Assembly (NCBI GenBank): GCA_965112735.1
Contig: OZ218964.1
Coordinates: forward strand, 434,001 to 498,000
Length of the DNA stretch: 64,000 nt
Direction of reading: 5' to 3'
DNA from: Phaeosaccion multiseriatum
Lineage: Eukaryota > Protista > Ochrophyta, other classes
In this document: piece by piece, positions 35,701 to 49,832 of the stretch
Position numbering within the stretch: position 1 is the first letter of the stretch
Layout of the letters: every line of letters begins with the position of its first letter
Program-made: the position numbers and the translations under genes
Notes under the pieces: generated by a model
The model's database searches: none
What the model saw: the letters and a program-made list of their open reading frames with translations, nothing else
Told to the model about the DNA's origin: nothing

Positions 35701-38700
35701 ACGAACGAGGGGAAGCGGGGGGTGCAAGTAAGGCCTCCCTGCATCTGAAAGTGACCGTGTCGGACCTGATTGCGGTGTGTCCTCGTAATACGCAGTGCCG
35801 GGAGGCTGCGGCCGTGGTGGTGCGTGAGGCATTGGTTGAGATGCGCAAAAAGAGGGGCACTTGGAGGCTACCCACAGACGGGAGGTCCGTCAATGAGCGG
35901 CGGAGGAGCCGGAAGAGGCCTCGCCCAGAGACTGCTGCTGGGGGGCCGAGTAGCAGGAGCGGCAGCGGTGGCGTTGACGCGGGTAAACCGCCCCCCCCTC
36001 CTTCCCCAGCGGCCTCGCCCTCCCCTCGGAAGGTCCGGGTGATGAGCAGCGCACCTGACGAGCAGCAGTCCTCCCCACTCACCCACGCCAAGCTGGCAGG
36101 CCTTGCCCCCCATCTCTTCAGTGAGGGGAGCGAATGGGAAGGAGGCGAGTTAACTCCCGGTCAGCTTACCTCCAACTCATCTTTCAAGACGGCGGAAGAA
36201 TGGTTGAGTGCAAAGGACGCAAGAGAAGGGAGCGCGCTTGAGGATTTAGACGACTTCTTCGATGCATTGCAGGAGGAGGAGGAGGAGGAGGAGGAGGAAC
36301 AGAAGGCAGCAGACGGCGGAAACAGCAGGGAGGGCGTGGTTATCGGTGGGGTGGCGGGAGCAACGGAAAGGAGGGAGAAGGGTGACGGGGAGGTGGATGA
36401 GAATGGTGCTGGGAGGGAAGAAGGCGAAGAAGAGGAGGCTCCCTTCCTTCCGCGGGCGTGGGCGTGCGACGACGACGAAATGAGTGAGTGGGAAGCCTCA
36501 CCCCCGTTGCCAAGGAGAGACGCACCGAACGCTGCGCGTGATGATAGGTACCGCCGAGAGAACAAGGACGGCAATGGTCGCACTGGCGGTTTCGGCGGTT
36601 ACGGCGGTTACGGCAAGGAGGCGGATGCTTTGGACATGAATACAGAAGCGGAGAGGACCATGGCAGTGCGGCGTATTGGGGTACTTTTGAAGGATTTTCG
36701 CATCTTCGTGGCACTTCTTGACGAGATTGAGGCCCCGCTCGGGGACATTACCACATCCACAGCACAGTCACAAATGGCGCAGACGCCGTCTCCCGGAGAG
36801 GGCGAGCCCGCCCTTCCCTGTGTCCCAGCGACAGCCACAGCGGTGGCGGCTCCTCTGCTCAAGCGAGACTGGAATGTTCGCGAAGGCGGGCGGGTTTACG
36901 CCCTGTCCCGGCAAGAGCGTGTGAGGCTACGTAGAGCAAAGGAGGCAAGAGAAGGGGGGCACTCTCCCTCCTCCCCGCCGCCAAGGAGGAGAGGGGACGC
37001 AGAGAGGGAAGGGGCTGCAGGGGGGCAACAACGGCAGACACGGAGAAGCCAGAACAATGGCCCCAGCGGCGGCGTCCGACAGAGCCCTGGCCTTGGTATT
37101 GGCGCAGCGGCTGCGGATGCGACTGAAGCACCAACGGAGGAGGCTGCTGCTGCTGGTGTTGCTTGTGCCAGGGCGGGCCGTGGTGGGGTGGACTCCACTT
37201 CGTCATTGTCGGCATCCGCCTCTTTGTGCTGGAAAGAGATCACCGAGGAGCCCGCCGACATGCTCTTGTACGTGGATATGGGGCTGGGGAGAGCACGCAC
37301 GCTCATTTCCATGCCCGAGTACTCGCAAGAGGAGGCGGAGGAGAGAGGCAGGAGGGGCTTCAAGCGGCCCAAGGGCCTCTATCTGCGCTGGAGCATGGCC
37401 CAGTACTGTCAGGTGGGCAGCAGCCCAGCGTCATGAAGTTCAATCCTTCCATCATCATGGCTGCCTGCCACGCCACCCTCTTTTATGCTGTCTCTTGTTT
37501 CCCCTCACCAATCCTCGCCTCCCTCCCTTCTGCAGGTGCTGAGCGTGTACTTCGACAACTACTGTGAGGTGCCATCTTTCTTCGGCGCACTGCTGGGGGA
37601 GTACTACCCCGCCGGTCCGGTGGAGGCGAATTGGCCGCCCTATGGCTCCTTTGACATGATCTGCCGAGTGCTGCAGAGGCTCCCTCGGTGGGAGTTCGCA
37701 GTAAGCGTGCCAGTGCTGGAGGCTGCGGTGAGCATGGATGCCGCCTACTTCGGCAAGGGCAAATCGCCGGGCAGTGTGTGGATGGCCCAGCAGGCACGTC
37801 ACATGTTTGGCGGTGGCCCCGACAGCGAAGCGCATGAACAGCAGCAGTGGCGGCAGCGTCAAGAGGGGAAGGAGGACGGCGGCGAGAAAAAGGTGGAGGA
37901 GGACGAGGAGGAGGGAGAGAGAGGAAGGAGGAGAAAGCGCAAAGAGACGCGGCGAAAGGAGGGGGACACAACAGCAGCTTCGGCACCCAGAAGGAAACAA
38001 GACAGCGATACGCCGCTTACGCTGGAGGAGTACGCTTTGGATCCCCGCAAGGTGCTGCCCTTCGCGCGGATCCGCTTCGTGAATGCGTGCATGCACATCA
38101 ACGGAGGCACGGGCGTGCTGCGGTTGGTGGTGGCGGCGGGGGACGTTGCCGTGGCGGACGAGCGGGTACCAAAGGGGACGCTGCACCCCATTGTGCTGCA
38201 CGCAGGTTCGAGCCCTGCTCGGCCGTCTGAGGCGGTAGGAGGAGGAGCAATTGGCAGTACAGCAGCAGCGACAGCAGCAGCAGCAGCGGCAGCCCACTCA
38301 CGGCAAGACAAGACTGCTACTGCACAAGCACCTCCAGCGCACTCAATGATGCACTCCTCTCTGGTCCCCGCTTCGCCCCGTGGGGTGACGCAGGGGTACG
38401 CTGACGTACAATTCGGTTACATGTATAACAAACACGCCGTTTCGGAGCCCCTGCCCCAGGCCGTGCAGGTGTCGCTCGTCATGACAGCCCCGGACCGGTG
38501 GGTGTGCGTCAACGTGGGCGTAGACCGGCCTGCTATCCTTGCCAAGGACCTTTCGGTGGTGTGGCTGGTGGTTGACTTCTTTAGCCTGTACCACCGAGAG
38601 GAGGGCTATGGCTGTCCCTTCTATGGCTTCGTTGCTGACGAGGAGAGCGGAGGAGGGCAGGCCTCTACGGCCAGCAGCAGCAACAACAACAATAAGGAGG

Positions 38701-41700
38701 AGGGGGAGGGGGAGGAGGAAAAGGAGGAGGAGGAAGAGGAGGAGGAGGAGGACCACTCGAGCAGCGCCCTCGGAGGGGAGGGGGGAGGGGGGGGCGCCTA
38801 CAAACTCTCTCTGGGGGACAACGAGGGCAGGGGCACTGCAGGAGAAGGAGTAGGAGGAGCCCACGGAGATGGCACGGCGGGACTGGCGCTAGACGAAGGG
38901 CTAGAGGAGGCGCCTCCTCTCCCCCCCCCTCTGCCTCCTCGCAACGTGGACGTACGTGTGTGGGTCACCAGGCCCCACGTGGGTATGCTGGAGCAGCCGG
39001 GCTCGAGCCTCACCCCTTCCTCGCTGCTGCTGGAGTGCGACGAGGGGCTGTACTTCCGCTATCAGTGGATCGCGATGCTGCAGGTGCTCCACATGGAGGC
39101 GGTGGTCAAGGGGTTGGCGGCCGTCATCGCGCAGGTTAGTGGAGAGGACTGTTGCGGGTGGGTGCAGGTGTGGAGGAGGAGGAGGAGGAGGAGGAGGAGG
39201 AGTGGGTAATGGCGATAGCGTTACTTTCGTTCGCTGTCCCCCTCGCTGAAAGTGTGTGCCCAACCCTGCATCTTGTACATACTTCACATTACGTACTGTC
39301 TCTCGTCTTTCATCCGCAGGCGTACAAGGGGCCGCAGGTCATGCGAGGCGTCAGGGGCACCTCCGGTAGCGGCAGAGGCGTGCGAACAATGGTGGAGGGC
39401 TTCTCCCTGGGGCTGCAGTGCGACAAAGCCTTCACAGAGAACCGTCTCGAGGTGTACGCGAGAGCCCCTCTGCAGATGGACACAAGAGGGGGCAGGCATC
39501 GCCAGCGGGGAGGCGCCAGGGGCTGGGGCACTGGAGGAGGCGTTGGTGATACGGCAGCAGCAGAAGAGGCCCGCCGAGACGTTGTGCGAGATGTACGTAA
39601 GCACGGGTGGGCAGGGGCCCCCTTGGAGGAGGGAGATGTGCAGGTTCTTTTCCCTCGGCCCAGGGCGGTGCAGCCCAAGAAGCGGCCGGGTAGGGACTTG
39701 GGGCCACGCTGCTGTGACATTGTCACCTCACACGAGGATCTCATATTCGCGGCGGCCTCCTTCGTGGTGTTTGTGGGGCCGCCAGTGCCGCCGAGTCGCG
39801 TGGAACTTCTGCGGCAGCAGAAGGAGCAGCAGCAACCCGGAGACAGAGAAGAAGCCGACAAGGCTACGGAGGACGAAGACGGCGCGGACGCACCTCCGCT
39901 CGGCCCTCCTGTTGGTCCCGATGAAGTAGACAGAGAGGGCAAGGCCTTGGAAGAGGAGCTATTTAGCGAGCCTGTGTCTGCACTGAAGGGAGCAAGTGGA
40001 CAGAGGGGTCGGCTCCGATCGGGAAGTGGCTCTGGAGGGGGGGCTGCTTTGGCTGATTTTGGAGCTGAAAACATTGGCCGCAAGCTGTCTCAGACGTGGA
40101 GCTCGTCTGCCGGTTCTGTGGGTATGTTGGAGGCCCTAGGGGATGGTGATCCAATGTCACAGATGGCGAAGGAAGGCCCGGGGTACAACAGACAGCGCAG
40201 GAGGAGAGCGGGCCTGAGTGAACGGGTCTTGGCGCAGATTGCCCTGCAGCAGGCGAGCGACGACGGCTCGGAAACAGAGGAAGAGGAAGGCGATGGTTTC
40301 GACCTTGACCTGGTGGACCACCCAGAGGACGAGGAGGACGAAGAGGAGGACGACGATGATGACGATGAGGACGAGGCTGTGAAGATCGACGGTGGCGGTA
40401 TTGCGGACGAGGGTATCATCCGCGGCCGTCTGTGGCCGACGGACGACGAGGAGGGCGGGGCCAGGCCAAGAAGCTCCACCGTGTCAGGGGGCTTGGGAGG
40501 TGTCGACGAGAAGGGGGCGGACGACGAGGGGGAGAGAGGGGGTCGACTGAAGAGCCTTACCTCGAGCCGGCTGAACATTTTCAGCTACCGCAAGAGAGGA
40601 AGCTTTGACGGTTGGAGGGGGGACGAGGTCGACGTCAAAGGGGAGGGATGCGGAGGAGGAGGAGGAGGAGGAGGAGCGGCGCGAAGGAGGAACAAGAAGA
40701 GCACCACCCTCGTTGCTGCTGGTACTGGTGGCGCTACCGAGAAGGGCCGAAGGAGGTACAGCCTTCGCCGCAAGGCCAGCGCCAACAGCGCCAACGCCAA
40801 CGCGGTAAGCAGCACAAGCACCAAGGAGCAGCACCACCGCGACAGAGAACAGTTCCAGCTGGCGCCGGAGCTGGAGGCGGAACTGCTCGCGGCCGACGCG
40901 GCCTTGCGGGCGCAGGAGGAGAGGGACGCAGCGGCGGTGGAAGCCAAGGCCCTGGCCGATGCAGCCGATGCACCTGCCCCACCCACCATGACGGTGGTGC
41001 TGCGCCTGTCAGGAGTGCGCGTGTTTGTGGCGGATCAGATTCTGGGCCTGCATTTGCCCGTACTGCGCATGTGTGTGGGGGACCTTGCTGTGCTCGTTGA
41101 GCAGCGTCTCCGCTCCGACTGCGTCAAGCTCGAGAGGGAGCTGCTCAACCCTGGAGGGGGGCTGTCGCCGAAGGGGGGGCTGTCCTCCTCGTCTCTGCTC
41201 GCCCGACAGCAGCGAGACTCCCACCACACCCACCACCACCACGGCGCCTCAGGCGGTTCCGCGGACGCGTTCCGGGGTGGAATTCACCGCGGAAGCTATG
41301 GCAGCTACAGCCCGCAGCAGCAACAGCATGGTCATTATCGTCACCATCACCATCACTACCGCCGGAGCGGCTCTCGGGGGGAGTCCCCCTCAGAGCGCCA
41401 CGAGAGGAGGAGAGTCGAAGGAGGTATTTTGGCAGCAGACGGGGGGGGGGGAGGAGCCGAGGCCGACCAACGGCACCGGTCGTCGGTCAGGGGGGATCCA
41501 GGCAAAGAGAGGAGTGGCGCAGATGCTGCGAATGGAGGCGAGGGAAGGGCCGTGACCTTCGCGTCCCCAGTGGGGCAGGGCCGGTCAGGGGAAGGAGGCA
41601 GGGGTGCCCGAGCATCGGCAGCACCGCGTAAGCATAATGGCGGGTTGAGCGTTGTTCAGCAGCATCATGCCAACGCAAGGGCTATCGCAGCCATGGCGGA

Positions 41701-43603
41701 GGAGGCAAGGGCGGTGACGCTGACTGCGACGGTGCGCACTCGTGTGTGGGTGGACTACTTCAACAGCACCCTGCGATGCTGGGAGGAGCTACTCTCGCCT
41801 CTGCAGTGCTGGGTGCTTCTCGAGGGACGCAGCAGGAGGGGGCGAGGCTTGAGCATTCGGGCTGTCAGTCCCCTACACGTCAACATCACTGGGGTGAGTC
41901 TGAGAGGCCAGGGGGGGGGGGGGCTGTGTCCAAGGGGAGGGCCTGGCCAGCAGAAGAGAAGTTCATGGGTGTAGGGGCGGACTAAACTCGATGCGCCCTC
42001 TCCTTCTGGCGAAGGAAGCTCACGCTACTTGCTTCCTTCCCTCCCCCCCCAAGGCGCTGCTCGACACGCTGAGTAACTTCCTGCACCGCATGGAGGGCAT
42101 CGCCATGATGGTAAGTAGTACTAGTAGTTTATCTCCTCTGGTCCCTCTGTCCTCTCTGCTCTCTTCTCTCCGCTCTCCTCTGCCCTCCCTCTCTCCTCCC
42201 CCCCCCCCTCCCCTCTCCCCTCCCTACGGCCATGATGCCAAAGCCTCCCTCCTCCCCTCCCATGGTGTCGTCTTGCCCGCCGAGTGCCGAATGCGTGACT
42301 GTGACATGCTCTTCCCTCCCTCCCTCCCTCCCCTCTTATATATATATATATATATATTATACAGCTCAATGCGGTCTACTTCCGCCGCCGAGTAGAGGCC
42401 ATGCGTGCCCCAATCGCCAGCGTAGCACAGGGGCACCAGCAACAGCAGCAACAGCAGCAGCAGGAGCAGCAGCAGCAGCAGCAGCAGCAGGAGGAGGAGG
42501 AAGGGAGGGGGGAGCGGCACACTCGTTCTAGAGCCCGACAGCAAAAGCACCGCCACCACCAGCAGCAGGACGAGCAGGCTTCTGAGAAGCTGCACAAGCA
42601 GCTGCAGAGGGAAGTTCATTGGCATCGGAACTGTCTAGAGCTACACGAGCTGTGTACCGAGTGCTTGAGCGGTGACGAGGAGGAAGAGGGGGGGGGCAGT
42701 CAAGAGGGAAAGCCCGCGGCCGCACCAGAGCCTGCTACCGCTCCTGAGTCCTCCCCGCCCCCCCCCCAGTACCAAAACTACTTTGGCAGTGGACGGGAGC
42801 TCCTGTCGCCGCCCTACCTCCTCGGATCGAGCCTGGCCACCGCACCCTCGCTGTCTCGCTCAGGAAGCTTGATTCGACGAGGGAGCGGCGGGGGGGGTCC
42901 GGCAGGAGCGCACAACTTTTCTGTGTGCCACCAGTTTTATGAGAACCTTGATCTCGATGCGAGAGTGGCCTTCACCATCCTCAACCACACGGGTCAGCGA
43001 GTGCGCTACTTCCAGCCCAAGTTCAACGACGCCACTCGCCACCTCCAGTATCTGCAGCACAGTGAGAGGGGCATGTTGCTCTTCGGGGCAACTCGCACCG
43101 TTGTGCGTGGCGGCAAGGTGTGTGCTTGTTATTCATTGACTTGCTGTCTACGTCCCTATCGTAACTCACTGACTTACTCACTTGCGGCGTGCGATTCCCC
43201 CACAGGTGGCGGAGGTGGAGTTCGACGTGCAGAGGGAGGTGTATGCCGCCTCGGAGACCGGGGGGCCGGCGGCGCCTCCTATGTCAATGATAGGCCGAGG
43301 AGGGGGGCAGACCAGAGAGGGCAACGTGCACACGGTGGCGGTGCAAGTGTGTGGGTATCGGTGGGTACCCCAAGTGTTCGCAGACAAGCTCGGCACTCGC
43401 GCCCTCCTCCTTCACCCGCTTGTGGGAGTGCCCTCTGCCAAAGCGCTGTGCCACGACGCCCGCATGGTGTCTGCCCTCTCTCTAGTGACCGATGTGCAAC
43501 ACCTCAACGGAGGAAGGCAAATCACGCTGCGCTCCAGCTTTCGCCTCGTCAACTGCACGGACCACATGCTGTCTGTGCTGTGTCACCCCGACCCTCGCTA
43601 CGG

Positions 43604-43638
<35 letters not shown>

Positions 43639-44451
43639 GGCACCGGCATTCGGAGCCGGCAGGGCATGTCATGGGGGGGGCCTCCGAGCAAGTCGCTCTG
43701 GAGCCCGGTAAGGTACTCTACCTACCGCTCCTCCTGCTACAGACAGCGATGGAGCAGTCCAAAGGGCAAGACCTTGGGGCTTTGTGGCTCAAAGCGGAAG
43801 GAGCAGTGACCTTCCTGAGCCGGCCGCACATCGTCAGGCGGAGGGAGGACCTGGTGAGGCGGAAGGTCGAGTTTCCGACGGCGCCCATCGAGCTTGCTGA
43901 CCTCGTCCGGGATAGGTGGACGGAAGAGGGGGGGGGAGGCGGAGGAGGAGGAGAGGGAGGAGGAGAGGGAGGGGCGGGCTTCGTTGTGGCCTGCAGTGCC
44001 CGTCCAAGCGAGTCGGACGGCCGCGAGGGGGGTGTGCTCCTCCCTCCCTTCTGCTACTGTATAGAGGTGCGCAGGAAGGCGCTCGACACGGCACTCGGGG
44101 AAGGTAAGACCCATGTGCACACCGGAGAGTGGGAGGGGAGGGGAGGGGAGAGGAGAGGAGAGAGGGACAGAGTTGTGTCCAATACATGTGCATGGCAGTT
44201 ACACATGTTCCACATGACAGTTGCCAATTCTCCCACGTGACGGCACATGTTCCCTCCTCTCGCTCCTCTCGCATGCCGTGCCTGTCTGGGCCTGTCTTGT
44301 CGGGTTTTTTGTAGGTTCCGCGGCCGCTGGTGGTGGTACTGGTGATTCATGTGGTGCGGGTGTTGGTGATTCGGCTGACATCCCTCACAGCTCGGTGCAT
44401 CGGCAGCGGACGGTCTCAAAAGGGCGGGCGGGAGGAGGGGGGAAGAAGACG

Positions 44452-44482
<31 letters not shown>

Positions 44483-44727
44483 GAGGAGGAGGAGGAGGAG
44501 GAGGAGGAGGTTTAGGGGGTGTTGGGCCGGCGAGGGGAGGAATAACCTCTGAAGGGAACCCTCGCTTCGGTGGCCCGCACTTTACGGATGCGACGGCTCC
44601 TCCTGCCTTGCACCAGCCCTTGCCGTTGCCGGCCTCGTTTGGCGACCGCCGTCCCAGCCCCGACCATCTGCGCGATGCGGCTTCACTCGATGGTGGCGCA
44701 GGCGTTGAGGCCTTTGCCCAGCAACAG

Positions 44728-44764
<37 letters not shown>

Positions 44765-45431
44765 TGCAGCAGTTGATGATACAGCAGCAAGCCGTTGACC
44801 CGATCGAATACACCCTCGTCGTGCACCCGCCCATTGTGGTGGAGAATCTGCTTCCTCACGATGCTGACTTCGAACTCGTGGATGCTACCCGAGGGGTGAG
44901 TGAGCGTTACACCGCCCCCCCCCTCTGGAACATGTCTGTCTCTGTCTCAGCATCATCTGCTCTGCTCTCTCTTGTCTCCAACTCCGTGTTAGTTTCTCTC
45001 GCTGTCTCTCGTTCTGGAGGGCTCGTCTCATCCCGCCGCCTGCCGCCCCCTCGACACTCCTGTAGACTGAACTGCTCTCCCCTCGTCTCCCTGTTTGCCT
45101 TTTGCCCTTCTCTCCTCTCCTCTGCCCTCTCTCCCCTTAGGTACTGTGGGAGGGGCGGCTATGTAGCGGGGCGAGCACGGGCGTGTACACCGTAGGCTTA
45201 GACACGTACCTCACTCTATCCGTGTGTCTTGGCTTCTGCAAGTCTATTAAAGGAGCGCTTGTGCACGACGGCAGAGGACTCGGGGCAGGTACGCAGTCAG
45301 TCAGACCGGTCCTTCATTGACTTCAGCGAGACACGCCAACTTGGCGACCCACATTCTCCAGTTGGTGCTCCAGTTGGTGCTACAGCTGAGCTCTCTCCTT
45401 CACTTGACTCGACCTTCCCCTGCTGTGGCGC

Positions 45432-45462
<31 letters not shown>

Positions 45463-48400
45463 TGTGTGTCCTTCCTGTCAGACACCAACGCGACTGTCCC
45501 GACCGCCACCGAGGGTGGCCGGGAGGGGAGAGAGCAAAACGACAGAGGGGAGAGGGGAGAGAGAGGAGAGCCCCTGGCCACCAGCGTTACGGTTACGGAC
45601 GCCGTCGGACAGCACATCGTGCTCAAGATTGAGAACCGCAGGGGCGGGGGCGGGCAGCGGCGCCTCACCATCTTCTGCCCGTACTGGATGGTCAATAGCA
45701 GCCACTACTGCCTCCGGTACCGGCAAGACGGGAGCAACCGGCTCCCCGCAGGTGAGTAGGCTTAGTACAAGTGTTTCACACAAGGGTCTGAGCTCCATCG
45801 CTGAGTCTCCATGCCACCCATGGCCATCCGTTGCCATCCGTGTCTGCGGCATTCCTCCTCGAGGTTCACCCCCTCTCACCCCCCTGAACCCCCCTCTCTG
45901 CCCACGCTGCCAAACCATCCATCCCCCCTTCGCCGCCCTCACCGAAGGCTCCGTGGGCAAGGCCGGAGACGGAAGTCGGTACTTCAACGCAGCGCATCGG
46001 ACCCGTCGAACCGCCTCCGACCGGCCCAAGCACAAACACAGGCCCGTCTCTCGCTCTCCGCTAGGCTCTCCGTCCCTAAGGCATCACCACCGCGTCGCCT
46101 CCCGTGGAGAGGGCGTCGGGTCGGCAGAGTTGGGGTCCGAGGGGGGAGGAACGGGCTCCGGGTCGAGAGGTGGGGTAGGTGTAGGGGCATCGGCAGGGGC
46201 AGGGTACCACAGCGGCAGCCTCTCTCCTGAGAGAGACAGGGGCGGCAGCGGTGGTAGCGGTGCCAGCGGCGGTAACGACACTGGCAGGAGCATAGGTAGC
46301 AGGCGGCGTCGGGCAGTGGCTCCTGACCTCGATGTTGACGACGAGGAGGACAGCGCAGACGCCGACGACGACGAGGAGGAGGAGGAGGAGGGAGAATACC
46401 CTTCCTTGGGAGGTGGGCACAGAGCCTCGGAGTTACCTGGAGGGGGAGCGAGTGGGGGCTGGGGAGCGGCGGCGGGGGGAGCCTTCGGCAAAGTGTTTGC
46501 GGGCATGCCTGGTCCGATGAAGGCCGCGCTGGAGGAGGAGGGCGGGGGCGGGGTGTCTGTGGGCAGCCTGTGGAAGGAGGAGCTGAGCCTGGCCAAGCTC
46601 ACCCAGATGGCCTACATGTTCAACTTCCACCAAGGGGAGGGCGGTGGGAGCAGCATCCTCGGCTTCGGCGACAAGAAGGCAAGCTCCCTCCGCCCGCCTC
46701 TTAACGTAGAGTTACAAAGCCCCCAGTGTGGAGTCACAGCCCCTAACGAACAGCCTCTCTCTCTCTCTCTCTCTCTCCAGGTGTGCGTGCAGGTGCAGGA
46801 AAGCGAGTGGAGCAAGCCCATCAACCTGGAGGGCATCGGCATGAATCAGGTCAGTCACTACGCTCAGGAGTAGGAGTGTGTCGATGTCGATGTATGGGGG
46901 AAAACTCAAACTCAAGCTGTGCCCTGTGCCGGTTGCGCACCAGGTGATTCGCACCCGGCTCCACGGAGAGTCATTCGAGCTCGGCTTCAACATCATCGTC
47001 CCTCCGGGCAGGCTCGGCCAGTACACTAAGGTGATGTAGTGTAGCTTCTTGTCTCAGTGACTGGGGGTCGGGGGGGGGCAAGCCAAGGGCAAGCGAGGAG
47101 TAAGTGCTGAACACAAGTCTGGTGCATGCGTGCGTGTGTGTGTGCGTGCGTGCGTGCGTGCGTGCCTTCCCTCAGGTGGTGCAGTTCTGGCCCCGCTTCC
47201 TGGTGCACAATCAGCTCGAGAGCTCCCTCACGCTGAAGCAGAATGTCACTCTGCGGAGGGGCAGCAGGCCTGTGACGAGCACGCGGCCCGGCAGGCAACA
47301 GCCCTTCCACCTGCCGCAGGTCAGTCACTCAGTTACAGCCCATCCAGTGCCTTCCATCCATCCGTTTAGTGCCTTCTGTCCATCTGATGCCATCCATTTA
47401 GTGCCTCCATCCATATAGTGGCATCCGTCCTTCCATCCATCCATCCAGTGCTTTCCGTCCAGTATCGAACCCGAAACAAACCCTTTACCGTCCGCTGCCA
47501 TCCCACAGTCCAACGGCGAGCGCGAGCTGCGTCTGTCTATCCCCGGGTACCGCTTGTCATCCTCCTTCCCCGTCGACGTGCATGGAGAGTATACGCTCCG
47601 CCTCAAGCCCAAGGTACATACCCGTTACAGTTACAGTGACAGTTACAGTTGCACTTCCAGTTCGTTATCCCCCGCTTCACGTCGCCAAGCCACCTTTTCT
47701 TTTTGTGTTCTGATCGAAAGTGTAGTGTATCTGTTACTGAAACTGAAACTGTGCTCTGCCGTTTGCTGCCATTCATTCATTCAGGTGCCCTGGTCCCGTC
47801 TGCGGCACATCACCACCCGCACTGCCCCGGAGTACGAGGTGTGGCTGCCCCCTTTGGCCGAGCTGGGCCTGTGGCTGGAGACCGACTGGTACCGGAAGAA
47901 CGTCGTGGTCAAGGAGGTCCGCAGGAACAGTTTCGCCTTCAAGGATACTGATGTGAGTGCGTGTGTGCGTGCGTGTGCGTGTGTTGCGTACGTGCGTACA
48001 TCGAAATGGGGGGTCCCGGGGGGGCAACGCCCGTTTTGGGAGGGAGATGTGGCATTTTTTCTCCTGAGTCTGACTCCGACCCCGACTCCGACTTTTGTCT
48101 TTTGGCCGCCCCCCATCCATTGCCATCTATCCCCAGATCCAAGTGGGGGACGTGCTGCTGGCCATCAACGGCACGCCAGTGCGGGGTAAGACCTTCAACG
48201 AGGTCATGGCCATGCTTAAGGAGCACATACGCAGGTATCATGCACAGGCATACAGGCATGCGGGTGTAGGGCATGGCTAGAACTTGGGGAAGGAGAGACA
48301 GGAACAGTAACGGTGTTTATCAGCGCACTCACCCCACCCGTCCTTCTCGTCCCTCCCCTCCCCCAGTGACAATGCCAGACACAGTATCGGCTCCGTCAAT

Positions 48401-49801
48401 CTCGCTGCCACTCTCAGAGGCTCCCCAGAGGAAGAGGACGAGCCCCCCGGGGGGGCGCAGCAGGGTGCAGAGCCGCAAGAGGAGCCGGAGGACAGCGCGC
48501 TTGGGCTCTTGGACCCCCCTCCTGCGGGCTTGGGGTCAGAGTCGGCACAGGCACACACCGAGAGCCACACACCTCCTCCCTGTGTGGACGAGGCATCGGG
48601 CTGCTCCTTGCGCTTCCGTACTATGGAGGAGTTCTACAGGCTCCTCCGGATGAGGGCCCTGAGGCGGCCGGGGCAGACGCTGAGTGGCACCATGACCCTG
48701 GGGGGCTCCACCCCGGGGGGAGGAGGGAGACGCACGGGGGGGGGGGGAGGGAACAGCGACGATGAGGAGGACAGCGACGAGGGAGGGGTGGTGGCAATGG
48801 GGATGGGGATGGGGATGGCAACAGATGGAGGGGGGGCAGGGTTGATGGGGGGGACGGTAGACTTCTCTTCGACATGGCGTCGAGGGGAGGAGGAAGGCGG
48901 TAGCGACGAGGAAGGAGGAGGGGACTCGTTTTTGGACGAAGGCGGCGGAAGGCGCGGTAGCATGGCCCACCAGCCGCGGCACGAGCAGCATGTGGCCAGG
49001 CAGCTGGGGGCGTCCTTGCCAGCAGGCCTGACTCTGGGGGACATGTCCCTGGACAGGGCGAGCGCGAGCATAGAGGCACGGAAGTCGCGCAGGGCCTTGA
49101 GAGAGGGATCCAAGAGGGGCAGCGCCGGCCCGTGGAGCCAGGGGGGGGGCGGGATAGAGAAGGAGGAGAAGTTCGTCCGTGTGGATGTGCAGCCCGTGGC
49201 GGCTTCGCTCATGCTGCAGGTGAGCTGCAGTTGAGATTGAGACGAGGAGAGGCGCTATTACTCATTGGCCGCACTCACCTCGCTTACCGTATCACCAACT
49301 GCTGCGTCTGACTTACGGTCTGCCCTACAGGTGAAGCCTTTGGACAAGGCCGAGACGCCCTATGTGGTGGACAACAGCGACACCTCGCACGTGGTGTACT
49401 TCCGACAGAAGGGGGCAGAGACGCACCCTTGGAACAGTGTCGGCCCCGGGGAGAAGGTGAGGAAGGTAGCGCATGGCGCAGTCGATGGCAGCTGATGCTC
49501 ATCTGACCCTGACCTCGACCGCGTCTTCTCCTTTCTCCTTCCCTCGTGGCAGCTCCACGTCACCCCCCCCCCCGCCCCCCCCCTGACTTACCACCCCTGT
49601 CTGCCCCTCCTTCCCCCCCTGCAAGACCGGGTACGTGTGGGAGGAGCCGCTGTCCCCGCGGAAGCTTCTTGTTCGCGTCGGACCCGTTGTGGTGCGCATG
49701 GCGGGCGTGCAGAGGTGAGGTCCGCAGGGGGAAGAGCGTTGTCTTGAACAAAGCGCCCACGACCGTTGTGTTGACATGCTGAAGCGAAGACGCTTTGCCC
49801 C

Positions 49802-49832
<31 letters not shown>

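Noticed and set aside
29323-41974. Separate genes for the 1325, 554, 860, 574 and 940 aa ORFs
   Set aside because: They are bounded by phase-compatible splice sites and carry VPS13 motifs in the expected order, so they are exons of one gene.
28118-46602. Many long antisense ORFs over VPS13
   Set aside because: Expected shadows of GC-rich coding exons, with no recognisable domains.
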